Source: Candidatus Heimdallarchaeota archaeon
Lineage (GTDB): Archaea > Asgardarchaeota > Heimdallarchaeia > Hodarchaeales > Hodarchaeaceae
Direction of reading: 5' to 3'
Assembly (NCBI GenBank): GCA_019057635.1
Contig: DXJL01000025.1
Span: 1 to 37,801, forward strand
Length of the DNA stretch: 37,801 nt
Positions 8,625 to 18,372 of this stretch are shown piece by piece. The translations under genes were made by a program, and so were the position numbers. The notes under the pieces were generated by a model. That model was given only the letters and a program-made list of their open reading frames with translations. It had not been told where the DNA came from and did no database searches. Position 1 is the stretch's first letter, and each line of letters opens with the position of its first letter.

Positions 8625-11600
8625 TTATTTTAGCACCATGCCAGATTTAATTTCAATAAATAATTTCATCACTAATGATAAATACGCTCCAATGACTTTG
8701 TTATGGGGATAAGTCTCCATAATCTTCTTGGATATCTCTTTAAATTGTCTTTTATTCTCTTCAGTGTTATCTGTGGGTAAGTAACGAGCACGAAACATTC
8801 GAAAAGCACTATGCCATCGATTTAATTGAATAGACACCTTTTCCCACTCCTCCCGCTGGCTTTCAATTCTTGGGAAAAGATCTAATATAAATCGTAAATC
8901 ATGTGAATTCATTACGTCTGCTCGATCTTCAACTAATTTTGACAAAGGAAATATTTTCTCCGATGCTTCATCGGAATACTTTTTGAAAACCTCTTGAATG
9001 TTTGAATAATAGTCTAAAGTCCCTAATTTGGTCTGTAAATTCGAATTTAGATCTTTTTCGAATACTTTCATTATTTCAACTACAACGGCCCTTATTTGAC
9101 TTAGTCTAATAATTGCCTGAGTCAAATGATGGACATGATTAGTGGTAGCAATTCGTTGGAAATCACTTAAATATGCAAAGTCAATTCGGTCATCTGTACG
9201 TATATCAATCTGAAAAGAAGCGAATAAATACTCAATTGTGTCTTGGATCTCTGCAATATATCGCTCTCCAGTTGTACGAATTGCATTACAGGCATTATTA
9301 TCATTTTGTAACTTATCTATTTCCACAAAAACCTCAGTAATTTCTCTCAGATGGACATCTTCCTGATGTTTAACTATGACTTGTGAAAAAACTTCAATAT
9401 ATCCTCCAACAAACTCAATTATATTGATACCTACTTCCTTGAGGTCATTAACATTTTTCAGGACTTTTCGTGATTCTGAGACTCCATGGGATAATAAAAC
9501 CGCAACAATTTCTGTATCATAGAAATATATCAATTCCCTCAGATTATGAGCTAACCTCTCGTGAGAAACTTCTTCTGGTTCAAAATTGTAGATTTTTTGT
9601 TCTGCTGCAAAAACACTATCACTGAGTGGAGAGATTTCATGAATTCGAGGAAGACTGACTCTTAACCAATTATAGAGATTCTGGTGTAATTTTGTAAGAG
9701 AATCCTTTGCTAATTGCATGCTTTCGAGACTGTAACTTTCATAGCTATCAACTAAACGTACGATATCCTTGTGCGTTTTTATTTCCTCTAATTTTTTCTT
9801 CATCAGCCCAAGTGGTTCTTCGAAAAATGCAGAATATTGAGGGGGGAGTTTGGAATAATCTTGTATATGCGATGTTATTTCTCGATTCATTAATTCAGTC
9901 AAAGTAGAAATCTTTCTGTCAATGTATGTTAATAATTGCCAATATTCCGTTAATGCTTCTGAATAGTCCAAATTCTCGAAATCACTATCTGTTGTGTAAC
10001 TAACGCTACTCGTTCCAGATTTCATTAATCTGAAAAGTCTTTTATCCACAGCTTCCAGTCCATCAAGTTGTTTTTTTAATTCCACCAAAATTTCTGTTTT
10101 CATTTCTTCAATGGAGCCTAAAAACGTAACATATTCACGAACGATGGCTTCAATATTCCCTATCTCAGCATGACTGTCGATTAATTTTACTATTTCATTT
10201 CGTTTCTCTCTAAGATCAAACCGTGTTTCGATAGGAATTAACGGAAAAGAAATACCTTTGATATTTTCCCGAATACGTGTAGAGACTTTATATTTCCAAA
10301 TCGAAATCTTCTCAAACTCATCTAATAGATTCTTGATTTTATCTTGAGTGGAAATCTCTATTTCTTCTCTAATCGATTTAAGATCTTCTAATTCTAATTT
10401 AGGGACATGAGATTTTAGTTTTGGCGGGATAGTCTCCAAAGTAGTGATTTGGTTGCTGATTGGATGAATTTCGCGATCAATTGCAAGCCAGATCTCACGT
10501 CGTATCTTGGCGGATAATTGATTCAATTTGTCTATTTCTTTTACAAGATCACGAACTTCTTTTTCGTCTTCACTTACATACTCCCGCAGATGTTCTATTT
10601 CCTCTTTCAAATCATCAGGTAATACAGCCTTCAAGCTTTCACGAGTGTCATAAAGACTTATTAGATTTTGACGTAAATTTTGTTGCGCTGGTTTCGAGAA
10701 ATAAGCAACTAATCGTGCTTCCCAATCCTTAATTTCTCTGGCTTTTGTTACTAATTCTCCAGGAGAAAGTACTTCAAAATCTTTCACAGTGGGAATCGGA
10801 GGCCCGTCAGTTAAACTAATAGCCTCCTGAATATGGGGATTTTCAAGCATCCTGAAGAAATAATTTTGGCATTCAGCTGCAAGTGCAAATCTGAAGTCGT
10901 AGTAACGTTTCACTAATTCTACCCACATTTGAAGTTCGTTTGTCTTCTCAGTTTCTTTTTCAATGCTTCGAACGTCATTTATAAAATCTTCAGGGATTGG
11001 AAATTTCATAACTTGTAGCGTTTTCGCAGCATTAATCAGTTCAGCCGTGCTAACCAATTTTTTCAATGCAATAATTAACTTTGAATGCCATGAACGAATT
11101 CTTTCAATATCTTGTATAATAACAGGTATTTCAGCCGCAGATACATCAATATTTGGTACCGAAACCATGGAAGAATCGATTTCGTCGTCCCCAATTAGTT
11201 GAATAATTCTCCCAATTTGATCTTCGGTTTCTGTCTTCAATGAAATCTCATAAGTTCTTAAAGAATTGATGAATTCATTTTTCAGAACGCTTAGCCTCTT
11301 TTCTAATTCGATCAGCTTTTCTACTGAGGTACTTGAATCTGCATCACTTTGAATTTCCTCTATATGTAGTTTAAGCGTTTCTATATTGCTTGAAATCTGT
11401 ATACCGATCGAAGAAATCGTTCCAAGATGTTGATGCAGAGTTGATGCCATACGAACAATTTCGGCTTGGATTTTTCCTTCTGTTCCCTTTCTTCTCTGTT
11501 TCAAATAAGCATTTTCTGCTTCTAAGTTACTGTAAAGTTCCAATAGGTCTGAAATTGTCATTACATGAATACTTGCCTTTGAAGTCTGGCTAGAGATACG

Positions 11601-12146
11601 AATTTTCTCCTCATCGAAGTTAACAAATTTACCATATAACTCAATAATTTCGCGATTGAAAAGAAAAATGGAAATATTTTTCCCTTTCAATACTTCGGCT
11701 ACCTTATTATATATTGTAACTACTGAATTGCTAAATTTCAGGACAAGTGCAGTTTCTAAACTAGGGATTTGAATGCTCTTAATGTTCTCAGTCTCTTGGG
11801 GAACAAATTTGGCAATTTCTTTGATATTTTTTGCGAGATCAAAGTAAATTCGTCTAAATCCTGCAAGAACTGTATTCAAAAGGTTCTCTGTAGTTTTATT
11901 GTACCGGTTTTTCTTCTGAGAAAGGGATTTCCTCAATCCCCTCCTCTTAAAAAAGCCTGCAGTTGTTAAATCTTTCTCTAGTTTTTGAATCTGTGTAATT
12001 AATTTTTGGGATTCATTTAAAGAAGAAATTACCTGTACGGTGGGGTCGATTGATCGTAATTCTGTTGCCACAACACCTAATTCATGAAGATCTATTTTAG
12101 ATACAAGAGAATCTTCCGTCGTTTCCAAAGACATGATATTCAACAT
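8625..12146 (-). CDS. Large all-helical repeat protein (spectrin/EzrA-like rod, inferred)
   Basis: 1173 aa, Glu/Lys/Ile/Leu-rich, recurring helical units of about 60-80 aa separated by Pro-containing linkers. No P-loop and no TM segment seen. Stop is 14 nt before the tubulin-like start. Confidence 0.85.
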   Translation of the reverse strand: MLNIMSLETTEDSLVSKIDLHELGVVATELRSIDPTVQVISSLNESQKLITQIQKLEKDLTTAGFFKRRGLRKSLSQKKNRYNKTTENLLNTVLAGFRRIYFDLAKNIKEIAKFVPQETENIKSIQIPSLETALVLKFSNSVVTIYNKVAEVLKGKNISIFLFNREIIELYGKFVNFDEEKIRISSQTSKASIHVMTISDLLELYSNLEAENAYLKQRRKGTEGKIQAEIVRMASTLHQHLGTISSIGIQISSNIETLKLHIEEIQSDADSSTSVEKLIELEKRLSVLKNEFINSLRTYEISLKTETEDQIGRIIQLIGDDEIDSSMVSVPNIDVSAAEIPVIIQDIERIRSWHSKLIIALKKLVSTAELINAAKTLQVMKFPIPEDFINDVRSIEKETEKTNELQMWVELVKRYYDFRFALAAECQNYFFRMLENPHIQEAISLTDGPPIPTVKDFEVLSPGELVTKAREIKDWEARLVAYFSKPAQQNLRQNLISLYDTRESLKAVLPDDLKEEIEHLREYVSEDEKEVRDLVKEIDKLNQLSAKIRREIWLAIDREIHPISNQITTLETIPPKLKSHVPKLELEDLKSIREEIEISTQDKIKNLLDEFEKISIWKYKVSTRIRENIKGISFPLIPIETRFDLREKRNEIVKLIDSHAEIGNIEAIVREYVTFLGSIEEMKTEILVELKKQLDGLEAVDKRLFRLMKSGTSSVSYTTDSDFENLDYSEALTEYWQLLTYIDRKISTLTELMNREITSHIQDYSKLPPQYSAFFEEPLGLMKKKLEEIKTHKDIVRLVDSYESYSLESMQLAKDSLTKLHQNLYNWLRVSLPRIHEISPLSDSVFAAEQKIYNFEPEEVSHERLAHNLRELIYFYDTEIVAVLLSHGVSESRKVLKNVNDLKEVGINIIEFVGGYIEVFSQVIVKHQEDVHLREITEVFVEIDKLQNDNNACNAIRTTGERYIAEIQDTIEYLFASFQIDIRTDDRIDFAYLSDFQRIATTNHVHHLTQAIIRLSQIRAVVVEIMKVFEKDLNSNLQTKLGTLDYYSNIQEVFKKYSDEASEKIFPLSKLVEDRADVMNSHDLRFILDLFPRIESQREEWEKVSIQLNRWHSAFRMFRARYLPTDNTEENKRQFKEISKKIMETYPHNKVIGAYLSLVMKLFIEIKSGMVLK

Positions 12147-12402
12147 TCCAGAAATTTAGAACCTAGTCTTCTTTGATAATTTCTATACTAGGATGTTCTT
12201 AAATAATGAAATAATATTGTCAAAATATAACTTTCCATTCAAAAAGAACAGAATGCCTAATTAGAATGGACTGAATGAAAACATGAATAAACTGATAATA
12301 CTGTTTTTATTATTTCCATTATGATTTCTGATATAACACCAAATTTTTTTTAGAACTGGCCAATTCGAGGAAAAGACGGAAAAAGAAAGCAGGTGAAGCA
12401 GA

Positions 12403-13227
12403 CTGAACATAAGCACGGCCAATGCACTTTTAGTTTCAATAGGGAATGAACTACTTTCTGGACAGACAGTTAATACAAATGCAAATTATCTTGCGAAAGA
12501 AATGACCCAAATGGGGTTTTCTGTCTTAAAAATTATTACAATTCCTGATTCAAAGGAAATCGTCTCCTCAGAAATTAAAAAATCATTATCTGAGGGTATC
12601 TACAGAGTTATATTAATTACAGGTGGTTTAGGTCCAACTTGGGATGACTCAACCGCGAGTTTCTTGGCTGAGACTTTAAATGTTCCTTCTATATTAAACT
12701 CTGAGGCATTAGCCCTTGTTACTCAGCGTTATAAAGAACTATATGAACAAGGATTAGTTGAGTCGGCAAAGATAACATCAGCTAGAAAAAAAATGGCTTA
12801 CCTACCTGAAGGAACTAATACCATCTATAATCCTGTTGGAGCAGCTCCAGGAATCATTTATAAAGATTCTATCAACAATACAATGCTTTACTGTTTACCT
12901 GGAGTTCCTAAAGAAATGAAGGCTATGTTCTCAATCCTTATCCCTGAATTAAAAATGATTAGTGCACTTGAAGAATCCTTTTACTTTGAAACCGAATTCT
13001 TTACCTCTTTCACAGATGAATCCATACTAGCTCCCTTTTTATTAAAAATAAGAGAAAAATATGATGTATGGATAAAATCTTTACCAAAATCTTATCAGGA
13101 AGAAGAAAATATTCATCTTATTATTTCAAGTAAAGGAAAAACTCAAAAAGAAGCTAAATCATTAGTATTTAAAGCGCGTGATTATCTTTCTGAGTTAATC
13201 TCAGGAGGAGAAATAGAGGAGATCTGA
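12403..13227 (+). CDS. cinA: CinA-like molybdopterin-binding domain protein (competence/damage-inducible)
   Basis: In-frame extension upstream of the track's ATG (12502) reads ALLVSIGNELLSGQTVNTNANYLAKE. Also ITGGLGPTWDD, GAAPG and LPGVPKEM. Start is probably CTG at 12403. Confidence 0.85.
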   Translation: MNISTANALLVSIGNELLSGQTVNTNANYLAKEMTQMGFSVLKIITIPDSKEIVSSEIKKSLSEGIYRVILITGGLGPTWDDSTASFLAETLNVPSILNSEALALVTQRYKELYEQGLVESAKITSARKKMAYLPEGTNTIYNPVGAAPGIIYKDSINNTMLYCLPGVPKEMKAMFSILIPELKMISALEESFYFETEFFTSFTDESILAPFLLKIREKYDVWIKSLPKSYQEEENIHLIISSKGKTQKEAKSLVFKARDYLSELISGGEIEEI

Positions 13228-13246
13228 TTACCGAATCTAACCGAGC

Positions 13247-13258
13247 TTTTTTTTTTTT
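13247..13258 (+). terminator. Oligo-T terminator after cinA
   Basis: Run of 12 T about 20 nt after the stop codon, typical of archaeal intrinsic terminators. Confidence 0.6.
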
Positions 13259-13370
13259 GCGAATCATCATATAACTGACAATTTTTAATGTGTAAGTATA
13301 TTTAAATTTTTAAGTGATCTTGGACCTCACTTCTTTCAGAAAACTGTCCTTTCAGGCATGTGGATATTAA

Positions 13371-15677
13371 ATGTCGAATAATAATAGTAAAACTCTAACA
13401 TTGAAAGTAGCTGAAGCCAATCAAAGTGATGTTGGACGCGGATTAGTACGTGTAGACTATGCAATCATGCGTGATTTTGGTTTAGAAACTGGTGATATCG
13501 TTGAACTTTCCAGTGAGAGAGCTGGAGCACGTAAAACGGGTGCATTAGTAATCCCAGGAAGGCGTGAAGATCGTGGAAAAAAAATCATTAGATTGGATGG
13601 ATTGATTCGAGGGAATGTGGGAACCAGTTTAGGTGAAACCATCACTGTTAAACCAATTAAAAAACGTGTTGCAAAGAAAATCACAATAGCACCAGCAGAG
13701 GAGCGGATTCGATTGTTAGTACGATCCGAAATAATTCGTGAACGACTTCAAAACCGTCCAATTTCGCGTGGGGACCTTCTTGTAATAACTGGACAAATCC
13801 GTAAAATCCCACCCTCAGGTGCATCTACTGGGGTTGGTATGGATGATTTCATATCACGTTTCTTTAATACTACTAGTAGTCCTGTTAGTTTAGGTGAAAT
13901 TAAGGTAGTCGTAGCTTCCACGGATCCTGAAGGAATAATAATTATTGGAGAAAGCACAGAAGTAAGGATCATAGAAGAAGCGCCTAAAGACCTTCGCATG
14001 CTACCCAGAGTAACTTATGAGGATATTGGAGGACTTTCAGAGGAAATCAAACGAGTTAGAGAACTGATTGAGCTGCCTATGAAGCATCCAGAACTTTTCC
14101 AGAGATTAGGCATAGAACCTCCCAAAGGTGTTTTATTACATGGACCACCTGGTACTGGAAAAACATTGTTAGCAAAAGCTGTGGCAAACGAATCAGGGGT
14201 TAATTTTGTATCTATTGCTGGACCTGAAATTATGTCCAAATTTTACGGAGAGAGCGAACAACGAATCAGGGAAATTTTTCAACAAGCAGAAAAAGATGCA
14301 CCAAGTATTATTTTCATAGATGAACTTGATTCTATTGCTGTTAAACGTGAAGAAGTTACGGGGGAGGTAGAGAGACGAGTAGTTGCTCAATTGCTTGCTC
14401 TCATGGACGGTTTGAAAAGTAGGGGGAAAGTTATTGTAATCGGAGCCACAAATCGACCGAATGCATTGGATCCTGCGTTAAGACGTCCAGGGAGATTTGA
14501 TAGAGAAATTGAAATTGGGGTGCCAGATCGCAATGGTAGATATGAAGTTCTGCTTGTCCATACACGTGGAATGCCAATCGCTCAGGATGTGGATTTAAAG
14601 GAGTATGCTGCAAAAACACATGGATTTGTTGGCGCAGATATCTCTGCCCTTACAAAAGAGGCTGCTATGCATACCCTCAGGAAAATATTACCACAAATTA
14701 ATTTCGATAAACCGTTAACACCAGAAATTCTCTCTATACTCGTTGTTTCCAAAGAAAATTTTGATGAGGCATTAAAGATAACAGAACCTTCCGCAATGAG
14801 AGAAGTAATGCTTGAAATTCCGAACACTCGCTGGGAAGATGTAGGAGGATTAGGAGCTGTCAAACAACAATTGATAGAATCAGTAGAATGGCCTATCAAT
14901 CATCCTGATATTTTTGACAAACATGGGGTTAACCCTCCTCATGGTATACTTCTTTATGGCCCCCCTGGAACTGGAAAAACCTTACTAGCTAAAGCTGTGG
15001 CAACAGAGAGTCAAGCTAATTTTATTGCGATACGTGGTCCTGAATTACTTTCTAAATGGGTAGGAGAAAGTGAAAAAGCTGTTCGTGAAATTTTCCGTAA
15101 AGCCAAACAAGCTTCTCCCTCGATTATTTTCTTAGATGAGCTTGATGCAATTGCTCCCCGACGAGGAGCTTTTAGTGGAGGAAGCTCTGTTATGGAAAGT
15201 GTAGTCAATCAAATTCTATCCCTTCTTGATGGGTTAGAAAGTCTACAAGATGTAGTAGTCTTAGCAGCCAGTAATCGACCAGATATGATTGATCCTGCAC
15301 TACTACGTCCAGGGAGATTTGATCGTTTATTACTTGTTCCTCCACCCGATGTGGAAAGTCGAATCAAAATTTTCGGCATTCATACAAAGGGGATGATAAT
15401 AGGAAAAGATGTTGATCTAGATACTTTTGCTTCGGATCTTGAAGGATATGTTGGGGCCGATATTGCTGCTATTTGCCGTGAAGCTGTCATGATTGCACTA
15501 CGTGAAGATTTGGAAATTAAGGAAATCTCTTTGAGGCATTTTAATGCCGCAAAGAACGTAATTCATCCAAGTGCAAATGATCAAATCGTCAAGGAATTTG
15601 AGGAACTTGAGAAAAAATTATTGGGTAAGTCAGAAATTGCTCGTAAGGATATCTTAGACATAAGAGGATATCTTTAA
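13371..15677 (+). CDS. cdc48: Cdc48/p97/VAT AAA+ ATPase
   Basis: N-domain with DVGRGLVR, two GPPGTGKT Walker A motifs, FIDELD/FLDELD Walker [12 protein letters not shown] second region of homology, C-terminal GYL. Confidence 0.97.
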   Translation: MSNNNSKTLTLKVAEANQSDVGRGLVRVDYAIMRDFGLETGDIVELSSERAGARKTGALVIPGRREDRGKKIIRLDGLIRGNVGTSLGETITVKPIKKRVAKKITIAPAEERIRLLVRSEIIRERLQNRPISRGDLLVITGQIRKIPPSGASTGVGMDDFISRFFNTTSSPVSLGEIKVVVASTDPEGIIIIGESTEVRIIEEAPKDLRMLPRVTYEDIGGLSEEIKRVRELIELPMKHPELFQRLGIEPPKGVLLHGPPGTGKTLLAKAVANESGVNFVSIAGPEIMSKFYGESEQRIREIFQQAEKDAPSIIFIDELDSIAVKREEVTGEVERRVVAQLLALMDGLKSRGKVIVIGATNRPNALDPALRRPGRFDREIEIGVPDRNGRYEVLLVHTRGMPIAQDVDLKEYAAKTHGFVGADISALTKEAAMHTLRKILPQINFDKPLTPEILSILVVSKENFDEALKITEPSAMREVMLEIPNTRWEDVGGLGAVKQQLIESVEWPINHPDIFDKHGVNPPHGILLYGPPGTGKTLLAKAVATESQANFIAIRGPELLSKWVGESEKAVREIFRKAKQASPSIIFLDELDAIAPRRGAFSGGSSVMESVVNQILSLLDGLESLQDVVVLAASNRPDMIDPALLRPGRFDRLLLVPPPDVESRIKIFGIHTKGMIIGKDVDLDTFASDLEGYVGADIAAICREAVMIALREDLEIKEISLRHFNAAKNVIHPSANDQIVKEFEELEKKLLGKSEIARKDILDIRGYL

Positions 15678-15713
15678 CTTTCCTTTTACTCCTTAATTTT
15701 GGTCCAAAATCTA

Positions 15714-16649
15714 TTAATCTTGTGATTTGGGCTTATAAATATCTAAAGGCCATTGACGCTTAATGAGTTTAGTTAAAACTTGCGAACTGAACTCACCAAT
15801 TTCTATAGATGCACTTGCGGTATTCATAAGGCGTTCTGCTATTAATTTAGATCGGACAACAGAATCTGAATAACCTATTATTAACCCAACAACCAACGGA
15901 TGATTTTTCACTACTACTAATTGCAAATCGGAAGCAATTATTACTTCCATTCCTGCAGGTTCTTTTAGAAGATCATGCATAGTTTCTGAAATGCTCTTGT
16001 TGAATTCGTTAAGGATTTCGTTCCCAAGGGAAGTATACTTAGTAGTCCAGATTTTATGTGAATCTAAATCAATTAGAATAACAACTCTTAATTTACATTT
16101 AAACACTGATTCAGACCCTACTACAACATCAGCTAACCAATCAAATGCATCGTAAAAATTCTCACCCGTCTTTGCAGATATTCTGAAAAGCCCAACTGGT
16201 CGAGACGAACGGGTGGCGAGTGTTAAATCTAAATCTTGTACGATAGTATCAAAAGCACGGGCACCAGGAAGATCAATCTTGTTTGCTATGAATAAGACTG
16301 GAGCTTGTTCATTTTGTTTCATGGATTCCCAAAAGGCTGCCGAAGCTTCAGTAATTCGAAGATCTGCACTATCTAGCACAAATACAATCGCATCTGCTTT
16401 TTCAAGTGATGGTTGCCAAAGTAAATTGCGATAGATTTCCTGTCCCCCAAGATCTATTAAACTAAACATAATTTGACGATATTTTACGGTTCGATAGTTA
16501 ACACCCAATGTCCTGGTTGTAGGTATAAACTCGGAACGTAACAGTCGATTTACAATGGTAGTTTTACCCGCACTGTCAAGACCAATAATGACAATTTGAT
16601 GCTGTTGTTGGTCTTTTCCTTTGAATATTCTTCTGAGAATGCTCGACAT
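15714..16649 (-). CDS. Arf/Sar-like small GTPase fused to a C-terminal roadblock/longin-like domain
   Basis: N-terminal amphipathic MSSILRRIFK, GLDSAGKTT, TLGVN, DLGGQ, NKID, SAK; extra ~130-aa alpha/beta C-terminal domain. Confidence 0.88.
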   Translation of the reverse strand: MSSILRRIFKGKDQQQHQIVIIGLDSAGKTTIVNRLLRSEFIPTTRTLGVNYRTVKYRQIMFSLIDLGGQEIYRNLLWQPSLEKADAIVFVLDSADLRITEASAAFWESMKQNEQAPVLFIANKIDLPGARAFDTIVQDLDLTLATRSSRPVGLFRISAKTGENFYDAFDWLADVVVGSESVFKCKLRVVILIDLDSHKIWTTKYTSLGNEILNEFNKSISETMHDLLKEPAGMEVIIASDLQLVVVKNHPLVVGLIIGYSDSVVRSKLIAERLMNTASASIEIGEFSSQVLTKLIKRQWPLDIYKPKSQD

Positions 16650-16867
16650 CGTTTCTTCACAAACGTTGAATATTTTAGGTAACTCAAGGTAAAAAAACTA
16701 AGTGTTTTGTAAGTGCTTTTCGACTTTGTTGATATTATATAATTACTGATAACCTTCTACTTACTAAAGGCTGTGGAACAACCACCAATATCTTCAATAT
16801 CTACGCATAATTAGATTTTTAAAAGAATACCTTTTAAAAAATTCAGTATAATTGAGATGGATTACTA

Positions 16868-17821
16868 ATGACAACCCGCGTTCCCGAAACACCAGAATAT
16901 AAACAGCTACGCCGAACTATGGATGATATTAAAACGCTTAAAATCCAAGGAGCAACAAATGTAGCAATTTATGGAGTGAAAGCATTCGCTAAACACGCTG
17001 AAACTGTCCCTGTAAAAGATGATGATTTATTAGCTCATCTTGAACCACTAGTTGAAGAAATAAGCTTTGTTAGAGTAACTGAGCCTGCGCTAAGAAATGG
17101 TCTTCGATACGTTATGACTGGAATAAGACGTGAAGGAAAAGAGGTTGCCTCAGAACTAGGTCAGGCATATGTAAAACTGATTGACGACGCCAAAAAGCGT
17201 ATTTTTAAAATTGGTGCTGAACGAATTAGAGATGGATCCAGGGTCTTCACACATTGCCATTCATCAATTAGTGTTGGTATATTCTTAGAAGCTGCAAAGC
17301 AAGGAAAAGATTTCGATGTAATTAATACGGAGACGAGACCCCTTTTCCAAGGTCGAAAAACAGCCAGAATTCTTGCTAAACAGAATATTCGGGTAACCCA
17401 TGTTGTAGATTCTGCAATGCGGTGGGCTATGAATTCTTTCAATCCTCATATGATATTTTTAGGTGCAGATGCAATTACGGTTGAAGGTGTTGCTCTTAAT
17501 AAAATTGGTTCCCGTTTATGTGCGCTAGCATCAGAAGAAGAACACATCCCTCTTTATATTTGCACCTCTCTTCTTAAGTATGATCAAGCTACAAGTATTG
17601 GCCGCTTAAGTGAGATTGAAATGCGCTCACCTCTTGAAATATGGGATGAAGAGTGTCCTGAGGGAGTTAAGGTTCTTAACCCCGCATTTGAAACCATAGA
17701 TAGACGTAATATTTCTGCTTACATTACCGAAGCGGGTTTGATTCCACCTCAATCCGTCCATCAGACTTTTCGGAGAATTTACGGCTCACAAATTCATGAT
17801 TTTCAACAGTTATGGAGTTAA
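16868..17821 (+). CDS. e2b2: Ribose-1,5-bisphosphate isomerase (eIF-2B alpha/beta/delta family)
   Basis: IQGATNVA, THCHSS (catalytic Cys), ETRP, GAD (catalytic Asp), NKIGS and NPAFE motifs. Confidence 0.85.
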   Translation: MTTRVPETPEYKQLRRTMDDIKTLKIQGATNVAIYGVKAFAKHAETVPVKDDDLLAHLEPLVEEISFVRVTEPALRNGLRYVMTGIRREGKEVASELGQAYVKLIDDAKKRIFKIGAERIRDGSRVFTHCHSSISVGIFLEAAKQGKDFDVINTETRPLFQGRKTARILAKQNIRVTHVVDSAMRWAMNSFNPHMIFLGADAITVEGVALNKIGSRLCALASEEEHIPLYICTSLLKYDQATSIGRLSEIEMRSPLEIWDEECPEGVKVLNPAFETIDRRNISAYITEAGLIPPQSVHQTFRRIYGSQIHDFQQLWS

Positions 17822-17876
17822 TATTAGTCCCATAACAAATTACGCACATATTGGTAAAAGGAGAAGGCTGTAAAGA

Positions 17877-18233
17877 TTAACGATTATCTGGCCCATCACC
17901 AACGAAGTATCTATCGTCTTCTATAAATCCGACTTTTTCCAGTTCATCGTGTATTGTATTCACTATTATAGCGATCTCAGAATCATCATCCTCGTAGGGC
18001 CACACTGTAAATCCTACCAGTATCTCCGCGTAGTTGTTTTCCTCATCGAAATTATCAAGATCAACATCAAATTTTCTTGCAGTGCCTTGAAATTCCTTCT
18101 CTAAGGATTCTTCCACTTCAACAAGGTTCGAATCAGCAAAATCAAAAGTTAGGGTTTCCTCTCCCTCACGAAACATACCATTAAATAAGTAATAGAAAGT
18201 AATCGCAGATGTTATTGTTTCACGATAAACCAT
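17877..18233 (-). CDS. Small, highly acidic hypothetical protein
   Basis: 118-aa ORF, very Asp/Glu-rich, GAGG SD upstream. Confidence 0.7.
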   Translation of the reverse strand: MVYRETITSAITFYYLFNGMFREGEETLTFDFADSNLVEVEESLEKEFQGTARKFDVDLDNFDEENNYAEILVGFTVWPYEDDDSEIAIIVNTIHDELEKVGFIEDDRYFVGDGPDNR

Positions 18234-18372
18234 TCTTAACTTCCTCTAATGAAAATAAAATGCTTGAGGCTCTAGTCACAAATTCGATCCTAAAAACTCA
18301 TTGTTTTCCATAATGTTCATGAATTGTTAAATTTTATCATTATGGAAAGCGAAAATATATCTTTTCTTCGTG

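Noticed and set aside
8625-12146. SMC/Rad50 or dynamin-like protein
   Set aside because: No Walker A/B, ABC signature or GTPase motifs are visible.
12394-12396. Selenocysteine readthrough of the TGA upstream of cinA (also considered upstream of the truncated dehydrogenase)
   Set aside because: The cinA TGA is part of the SD and the sequence beyond it does not resemble CinA; the dehydrogenase frame hits a further TAG.
13457-15208. Several antisense ORFs inside cdc48, and similar shadow ORFs in other genes
   Set aside because: They lie opposite well-supported genes and have no motifs; this is an expected by-product of codon bias.
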